This document shows positions 58,224 to 64,000 of a stretch of DNA of 64,000 nt, one piece after another. The position numbers were made by a program, and so were the translations under genes. Origin of the DNA: an uncultured Ectothiorhodospiraceae bacterium. GTDB lineage: Bacteria > Pseudomonadota > Gammaproteobacteria > J044. Each line of letters begins with the position of its first letter. The stretch's first letter is position 1. The notes under the pieces are model-generated. The model made no database searches. It was not told where the DNA came from and saw only the letters and a list, made by a program, of their open reading frames with translations. Location of the stretch: the NCBI GenBank assembly GCA_964641615.1, contig CAZXNH010000006.1, positions 14,381 through 78,380 of the forward strand, given 5' to 3'.

Positions 58224-60949
58224 TGACCCTGTCTCCTGAGCAGGAAGACACTCAATACAGTGATAATCAGCGGGAAGATGAGAAGATGCTGAAACTCCGG
58301 GATGAGGTCACTAAATCCCAGTCCTTTCGTAAACACGCCGCGAACTACTGTAATGAAATACGTGGCAGGCCAGTTTTCACCAATCACCCGACCGATCCCT
58401 TCCAGAGAGCTGACAGGGTCTTGCAGGCCGGAAAAACTGACGGTCGCAAGCATGGTGACGATAGCGGTTGCTGCAAGTGCTGCAATCTGTGTTCGAGTGA
58501 ACGCGGACATGAACAGACCAATGCCTGTAGAGATAGTCACATAAAGAAAGGCGGCCAGTGCAAGGGCAGAAAGCTCGCCCTTTAATGGTACCTGGAACAG
58601 AAAGACTGCACTGATGGTCAGGATGGCAAAGCTTAGCATGCTGATAATAATGTAGGGGATTTGTTTGCCGAGCAGAAACTCGAGTCGATTGGCCGGGCTG
58701 ACATAGAGATTCACGATCGAGCCAAGTTCTTTTTCCCGCACCACGGACAGGGCTGTGAGTATGGCCGGGATAAACATCAGGAGCAGGGGGATGACCGTAG
58801 GCACCATTGCATAGATGCTCTTGAAATCCTGGTTGTAGCGGTAACGTGATTCCAGATTGGCCGGCATAATCGATACGTTGTCACCGGAAGAACGCATTGC
58901 AAGTTCAACCATATATTCTGCGTGCATGCCCTGGGCATAGCCAGAGATGGTCGAGGCGATGAAAGGCATTGCGCCATCGATCCACAGTGCGATTTCTGCA
59001 TCCCGCCCCCTTTTAAGCGCCGTGCTGAAACCCGGTGGTATTTCAATCGCAAGGCTGAGCTCACCGCTTTTCATACGCTGATCGAGCTCCCTGAGATCGT
59101 GAAGGGGTGGCTGTTCGATAAAATAGCGTGAACCGGCAATATTCTGGATATAGTCGCGGCTAAGTGGACTTTGATCACGATCAAGCACAGCAAACCTAAG
59201 ATCTTCGACATCCATGGAAATTCCGAAACCAAGCACGGTCATTAGCAGGGCGGAACCAATCAGCGCGAATGTTAGCCTGATGGGATCGCGTACAACCTCC
59301 AGTGATTCTCGAATGCTATATCCAAACAGTCGCCTGAAGCTGAACATCTGATGGGTCTGTATCTTTGTAGTCTTCATGACCAGCTCGGTTCCATCGGGCT
59401 CGGTTTCCTGTTCCTTTTCCTCGTCTTTGAGATAATTTATAAAAGCATCTTCAAGCGTTTCGCTGTTGCGTGATGCCATGATCGCTTGTGGGGTGTCGCT
59501 GACGAGTACCTTTCCACTGTGCATCAGCGAAATACAATCACATCTTTGTGCCTCGTTCATGAAGTGGGTGGAAATAAAAATGGTGACACCCTGGGAACGG
59601 GACAGGTCGATTAGCAATGACCAGAAAGTATCCCTGGCAATCGGGTCGACCCCGGAAGTGGGTTCATCCAGGATTAGCAACTCTGGCTCATGAACGACAG
59701 CGACCGCCAGTGAAAGGCGCTGGCGGATTCCGAGTGGTAAGGCACTGGAAATCTCGTTGCTAAATGAATGCAGGTCAAACAGCTCGATCAGTTGTGCGGC
59801 CCGGTCTTTTACCCTCTCAGGGGGAATACCATAAAGCCTGGCATGAAGTCTCAGGTTCTGAATGACCGTTAGTTCTTCGTACAAAGAGAAAGACTGGGAC
59901 ATGTAACCGACACGTTTTCGGACCTGCATTGACTGTGCATCGACGGTCGAACCAAATAACTCAGCCTGGCCTTCAGTTGCAGGCAACAGACCAGTCAGCA
60001 TCTTCATGGTCGTGGTTTTGCCGCAACCGTTCGAGCCGAGGAAACCGAATATCTCTCCGCGGTGGATATCCAGGTCGACATGATCGACCGCTGTAAAATC
60101 ACCAAAACGCTTGGTCAGGCCCTGAGCGGAGATCGCGACATCCCTGCCCTCCTGGGCCTGTAGCTCGGGAATTGAAACCTTTTGATGTTTGTTGCGGATG
60201 TGTTCTGGAAGCAGCGCAATGAATGCGCTTTCGAGGTCGTTGGTTGCGGTGAGCTGTTTCAGCTCTGCTGCGGTCCCACGGGTCAGGATCTGACCATTAT
60301 TCATGGGGACCAGCCAGTCGAAGCCCTCCGCTTCGTCCATGTACGCGGTCGCGATTATCACCGTCATGTCGGGTCGTCGCACACGAATGCGATCTACCAG
60401 TTCCCAGAACTGCCGACGCGACAGGGGGTCAACGCCCGTCGTCGGCTCGTCAAGAATCAGTAGGTCCGGGTCATGAATGAGCGCACAGCAGAGTCCCAGT
60501 TTCTGCTTCATGCCGCCCGAGAGTTTTCCGGCAGGCCGATCCCGAAATGGCGTCAGCCCGGTGGCATCGAGTAATTCGTTTATCTGCTTCTGTCTTTGCT
60601 GACCCGAGATGCTGAACAGACGCCCGAAAAAATCGATATTTTCATTGACCGACAGGGTCGCATAGAGATTCTTACCCAGCCCCTGCGGCATAAACGCAAT
60701 ACGTGGCGCGATGCGGCTACGATAGTGATGATCGGTGATATCTCCACCGAATACCTCGATGTCGCCTTCCTGTATTTTGATCGCGCCTGCAATCAGGCTA
60801 AGCAGGGTGGATTTGCCGACGCCGTCCGGGCCGATGAGCCCGGTAATCTTTCCGGCCGGTACCGACAGATCGATCCTGTCTAGTGCCAGAGTGTCACGAT
60901 AGGTGTGACGGATACCTGAAACGATGATTGGCGCGACGCTCTGTTCCAT
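58220..60949 (-). CDS. rbbA: RbbA-type double ABC ATPase fused to a permease
   Basis: GPDGVGKST...LSGGMKQKL and GSNGCGKTT...LPLGIRQRL ABC domains; C-terminal ABC-2 membrane domain; 909 aa. Confidence 0.9.
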   Translation of the reverse strand: MEQSVAPIIVSGIRHTYRDTLALDRIDLSVPAGKITGLIGPDGVGKSTLLSLIAGAIKIQEGDIEVFGGDITDHHYRSRIAPRIAFMPQGLGKNLYATLSVNENIDFFGRLFSISGQQRQKQINELLDATGLTPFRDRPAGKLSGGMKQKLGLCCALIHDPDLLILDEPTTGVDPLSRRQFWELVDRIRVRRPDMTVIIATAYMDEAEGFDWLVPMNNGQILTRGTAAELKQLTATNDLESAFIALLPEHIRNKHQKVSIPELQAQEGRDVAISAQGLTKRFGDFTAVDHVDLDIHRGEIFGFLGSNGCGKTTTMKMLTGLLPATEGQAELFGSTVDAQSMQVRKRVGYMSQSFSLYEELTVIQNLRLHARLYGIPPERVKDRAAQLIELFDLHSFSNEISSALPLGIRQRLSLAVAVVHEPELLILDEPTSGVDPIARDTFWSLLIDLSRSQGVTIFISTHFMNEAQRCDCISLMHSGKVLVSDTPQAIMASRNSETLEDAFINYLKDEEKEQETEPDGTELVMKTTKIQTHQMFSFRRLFGYSIRESLEVVRDPIRLTFALIGSALLMTVLGFGISMDVEDLRFAVLDRDQSPLSRDYIQNIAGSRYFIEQPPLHDLRELDQRMKSGELSLAIEIPPGFSTALKRGRDAEIALWIDGAMPFIASTISGYAQGMHAEYMVELAMRSSGDNVSIMPANLESRYRYNQDFKSIYAMVPTVIPLLLMFIPAILTALSVVREKELGSIVNLYVSPANRLEFLLGKQIPYIIISMLSFAILTISAVFLFQVPLKGELSALALAAFLYVTISTGIGLFMSAFTRTQIAALAATAIVTMLATVSFSGLQDPVSSLEGIGRVIGENWPATYFITVVRGVFTKGLGFSDLIPEFQHLLIFPLIITVLSVFLLRRQGQ

Positions 60950-61944
60950 TAGGGCAGGTTAACCTTCAGGTAGTCAGGCCATTGCTTATTCCTGTCGAGG
61001 AGAATAAATGCCTCGCCGGGTACGCCAGTTTTGACGACATCGATATGTTCCTTTAGCAGGGTTGGATCGACACGGACCTTGACACGAAACATGAGTTTTT
61101 CCCGCTCAGTACGTGTTTCCACCGCCTTGGGTGTGAACTGGGTTCGTGGTGCGACGAAGGAAACTTTGGCGGGGATGATGTATTCCGGCGCCGCATCGAG
61201 GATGATTCTTGCATCAGCGCCAATGGCAATTTTTCCGGCCTGTTCAGTAGGCAGGAAAATGGTCATGTAAACATCAGTCAGGTCTAGTATGGAGAAGACC
61301 TTGCCGCCAGCTCCCAGCACTTCACCAGTTTGGGCAAGTTTATACAGGGCCCTACCCTGCACCGGGGACAACAGGCGCATTTCGGTGAGTTCAGCCTCAA
61401 GGCGTTCCAGGCGGGCCGTGGCAGCCTCGATGCTGGATTTTGCCTGGGTGACCTGGATGCGCGCTGCCTTAACAGTAGCTCTGGCGGTCTGATAGTTTGT
61501 TTTGGCCTGGTCTAGTTCTTCCTGCGAGACATGGCCTGCCCCGGCGAGTTTCAAAACGCGGTCGTGATCGCGCTTGGCATAATTGAGTTCACTCTTGCGG
61601 ACCTCTAGCATAGCAAGGGCATATTCACGGCTTTCCTCGGTCTCAACCAGGCTGGCTTTCGCCTCTCTGATCTGAGTATCCAGGTCGCGGGTATCCATCA
61701 GTGCAACAACCTGGTTTCTATTTATCATATCGCCCTCTTCGGCCAGTACCTCAGCCAGCCGGCCAGCGTACTTGGTGGCAATATCGTATTCAGTCGCCTC
61801 AATACGTCCGTTGCCCGAGGCTATGTAGGCAGGCAATGTCAGGGTTTGATTCTGCTGGTACATGTACCAGCCGATCACCGTCGCAATAATGGCTATGGCA
61901 ACGGTGATTTGAGTAAGAACAGTCTGTTTCCTTATCATGCGCAT
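60949..61944 (-). CDS. HlyD-family membrane fusion protein (YhiI-like)
   Basis: SGNGRIEATE, AQFTPK-like TQFTPKAVET; likely start at 61944 just after the TetR stop. Confidence 0.88.
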   Translation of the reverse strand: MRMIRKQTVLTQITVAIAIIATVIGWYMYQQNQTLTLPAYIASGNGRIEATEYDIATKYAGRLAEVLAEEGDMINRNQVVALMDTRDLDTQIREAKASLVETEESREYALAMLEVRKSELNYAKRDHDRVLKLAGAGHVSQEELDQAKTNYQTARATVKAARIQVTQAKSSIEAATARLERLEAELTEMRLLSPVQGRALYKLAQTGEVLGAGGKVFSILDLTDVYMTIFLPTEQAGKIAIGADARIILDAAPEYIIPAKVSFVAPRTQFTPKAVETRTEREKLMFRVKVRVDPTLLKEHIDVVKTGVPGEAFILLDRNKQWPDYLKVNLP

Positions 61945-61948
61945 TACC

Positions 61949-62584
61949 CTATTGCCCGTTCCCGGGTCTGAGAATAGAAGATAGAAGGAGGTCCACCAGT
62001 TCCTCGGCGTTGATTTCCAGAAACCCCTTGTAACCGCCAGGTTCAAGATGACTATGGATCAGTCCGTATAAATAACTTATGACAGCATGCGCAAGTACGG
62101 TAGGGTCCAGTCCGCTCACGAGCAGATCTTTTTCCCGAAGCAGGTTTAAGGCATAAACAATGGCGTCAAAAAAGCGGTCACGTTTTTCGCGCAAGAAGGC
62201 ATGAAGCTCCGTTTGTTCTTCAGTGAATTCGATGTTGTGCATGGAGATGCGGACGGCCTGTCCGACTTCGGGTTCACGGATCACGCGGGTGATCATATCA
62301 AGAAGAAGCTGGCGAAAATGTTTGGACGGATTCGCCTCGTCCAGGCTTTCTACATCGAGGATAAACGAATCAAACAAGGCGTCTGTATTTCTCTCCCATA
62401 ACGCCCTTATCACATCATCCTTATTTTCAAAGTGCCAGTAAATTGCTCCCCGCGTCATGCCGGCATGCTCGGCGATTTCGTTCAGGGTCGTCTTCGCGAT
62501 CCCCTGCCTCAGGAATAATTCTGCCGCCGAACCCAGAAGGATCTGGAAGGTACGTTCGGCTTCTTCTTTTGTTTTGCGTGCCAT
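61949..62584 (-). CDS. TetR/AcrR-family regulator
   Basis: MARKTKEEAERT, AGMTRGAIYWHF. Confidence 0.93.
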   Translation of the reverse strand: MARKTKEEAERTFQILLGSAAELFLRQGIAKTTLNEIAEHAGMTRGAIYWHFENKDDVIRALWERNTDALFDSFILDVESLDEANPSKHFRQLLLDMITRVIREPEVGQAVRISMHNIEFTEEQTELHAFLREKRDRFFDAIVYALNLLREKDLLVSGLDPTVLAHAVISYLYGLIHSHLEPGGYKGFLEINAEELVDLLLSSILRPGNGQ

Positions 62585-62707
62585 AAGCAGAATTGTACTG
62601 GTAAATAATAATACTTGTTATTATTATACATTCTTACATGTATGTATATGAGGTAATATAGACTATGCCTCATATCGAATTGTAGAACTGCTTGTTGAGT
62701 TTACTAT

Positions 62708-63820
62708 ATGAAATTTAATACATCTTTATTAATAAGCATGTTGGGCTTGCCGCTATTTCTGCTTACCCAGCTGACCGGCTGCAATAGCGGCGAAGGTAAC
62801 CTTCAGAACACATCTGAGACCCTGATCAGGCCCGCCAAGATCGTTTTTGCGCAGCCTGCGGGTATCGTCGCCGTACGTTCCTATCCTGGCTCCCTGGAGG
62901 CCTCAAGAAAAACAGAACTTGCCTTTCGTGTCGGGGGTGAACTTGAAGCCCTACCCGCTAGGGCTGGTATGCGCGTCAAAAAGGGAGAACTTCTCGCACA
63001 ACTGGATGATGAGGAATACAAAAAGGATTTTGATGAGGCACGCGCACGTCAGGAACTGGCCGAAATACAGTTCAAACAATATAAAAAGCTTCTTGAGCAA
63101 AAGCTTGCCAGTCGGTTGCAGTTCGATCAGGCGAATGCCGAGTTGAAATCTGCAACCGCGGCACTCGAACGTGCTCGAAATAATGTTGCCTATACGAAAT
63201 TGCTCGCACCGTTTGATGGTGCCATAGCCCAGGTTTCCGTTGAGAATTACCAGGCGGTCTCTGCAAACACTCCAATAATCCAATTTCATAGTCAAAAAAC
63301 ACTTGATGTTCGGGTTAGCATTCCTGAATCGATGATCTCCAGATTGCTGCCGGACAGTAATTCAATTCCAATCGACCAGTTCTGTGGCAAAGTCTATTTT
63401 CAAAGCCACCCGGGCAAAGCCTATCAGGCCTGCCACAAAGAACATGAGTTTATCCCCGATCCTGTTACACGAAATTATTCAGCCGTCTTCACTCTGCAAC
63501 CATTATCCGATTTTGTCGCCTTGCCCGGGATGACGGTCAAACTTGTCCTTGATTTCTCGCCCTTCATGGCAAGTCAGTCGCCTGAGGCCGTTCTTATTCC
63601 AGTCGAATCCATTTTCTACGACGATGGTGGGCAGTGGGTATGGGCCGTTGGTAAGGATATGAAGGTTCACCGTACTGCAGTCGATATCGATCAGGTACAG
63701 GGGGAAATGATCAGGGTGTCCCACGGCATCATGCAGGACCAGCCGATTGTAGCTGCCGGGGTCAGTTACCTTCGCGAAGGGATTAAGGTTCGCCCCATGC
63801 GGAAGGAACGGGGCCTGTAG
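62708..63820 (+). CDS. RND efflux periplasmic adaptor (lipoprotein)
   Basis: Lipobox LTGC, LAFRVGG, LLAPFDG, PGMT, AGVSYLREG. Confidence 0.9.
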   Translation: MKFNTSLLISMLGLPLFLLTQLTGCNSGEGNLQNTSETLIRPAKIVFAQPAGIVAVRSYPGSLEASRKTELAFRVGGELEALPARAGMRVKKGELLAQLDDEEYKKDFDEARARQELAEIQFKQYKKLLEQKLASRLQFDQANAELKSATAALERARNNVAYTKLLAPFDGAIAQVSVENYQAVSANTPIIQFHSQKTLDVRVSIPESMISRLLPDSNSIPIDQFCGKVYFQSHPGKAYQACHKEHEFIPDPVTRNYSAVFTLQPLSDFVALPGMTVKLVLDFSPFMASQSPEAVLIPVESIFYDDGGQWVWAVGKDMKVHRTAVDIDQVQGEMIRVSHGIMQDQPIVAAGVSYLREGIKVRPMRKERGL

Positions 63821-63831
63821 GAAATGCTGCC

Positions 63832-64000
63832 ATGAAACTGACAGAATATTCGATTCGTAATCCAAGCATTAGCTGGATGATCATCCTCTTGTTAATCGCC
63901 GGAGGCACACTTTCCTTCATGGAACTCGGGCGCCTCGAAGATCCGGCATTCACTATTAAGCAGGCAATGATCGTCACCCAGTATCCAGGTGCATCATCAC
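63832..64000 (+). CDS. RND efflux permease, AcrB/AcrD/AcrF family (5' part only)
   Basis: Manual translation MKLTEYSIRNPSISWMIILLLIAGGTLSFMELGRLEDPAFTIKQAMIVTQYPGASS, running off the window edge. Confidence 0.88.
   Translation, partial: MKLTEYSIRNPSISWMIILLLIAGGTLSFMELGRLEDPAFTIKQAMIVTQYPGASS

Noticed and set aside
1-64000. CRISPR array, tRNA, rRNA or riboswitch
   Set aside because: None recognised by eye. The only short tandem repeats are the three 20-22-bp-spaced TnsB-type sites, which lack spacers. No FMN or TPP riboswitch signature was seen near the rib/thiL genes.

Overview
Chromosomal window of a sulfur-oxidising gammaproteobacterium, inferred from the reverse-type dsr operon and the gene content. 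1-8800: dsrABEFHCMKLJ on the minus strand, with dsrJ running off the left edge. 9300-11860: divergent five-gene cluster encoding a TauD-like dioxygenase, a small acidic protein, an orphan Cas6/Cmx6-like RAMP protein with no CRISPR array or other cas genes, a cysteine-free DsrC/TusE paralogue and a second small protein. 11900-28400: housekeeping block (PKHD hydroxylase, ettA, glyA-nrdR-ribD-[HslV/BPH-like]-ribE-ribBX-ribH-nusB-thiL-pgpA-mscS-aspartic protease, ffs, dnaX). 28400-42000: mixed accessory genes, including a translationally coupled OLD-nuclease/beta-CASP pair and a BamA/TamA-family remnant. 42115-42142: a 28-bp dif (XerCD) site; the few KOPS octamers found by eye mostly point towards it from both sides. 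33 bp further on, at 42176, a Tn7-like transposon end begins (TGTGGACG plus three tandem TnsB-type sites). It is followed by cargo (two tyrosine recombinases bracketing a Gabija-like OLD+UvrD pair, a HEPN protein and a PIN-like protein) and then tnsA-tnsB-tnsC-tnsD/tniQ. The other transposon end was not found in the window. 57100-64000: RbbA-type ABC exporter, TetR regulator and the start of an RND pump. The two strongest leads are (1) a possible dif-targeting Tn7-like element and (2) an orphan Cas6 plus Cys-less DsrC module attached to the dsr locus. All family assignments come from motifs recognised by eye; no database searches were run.
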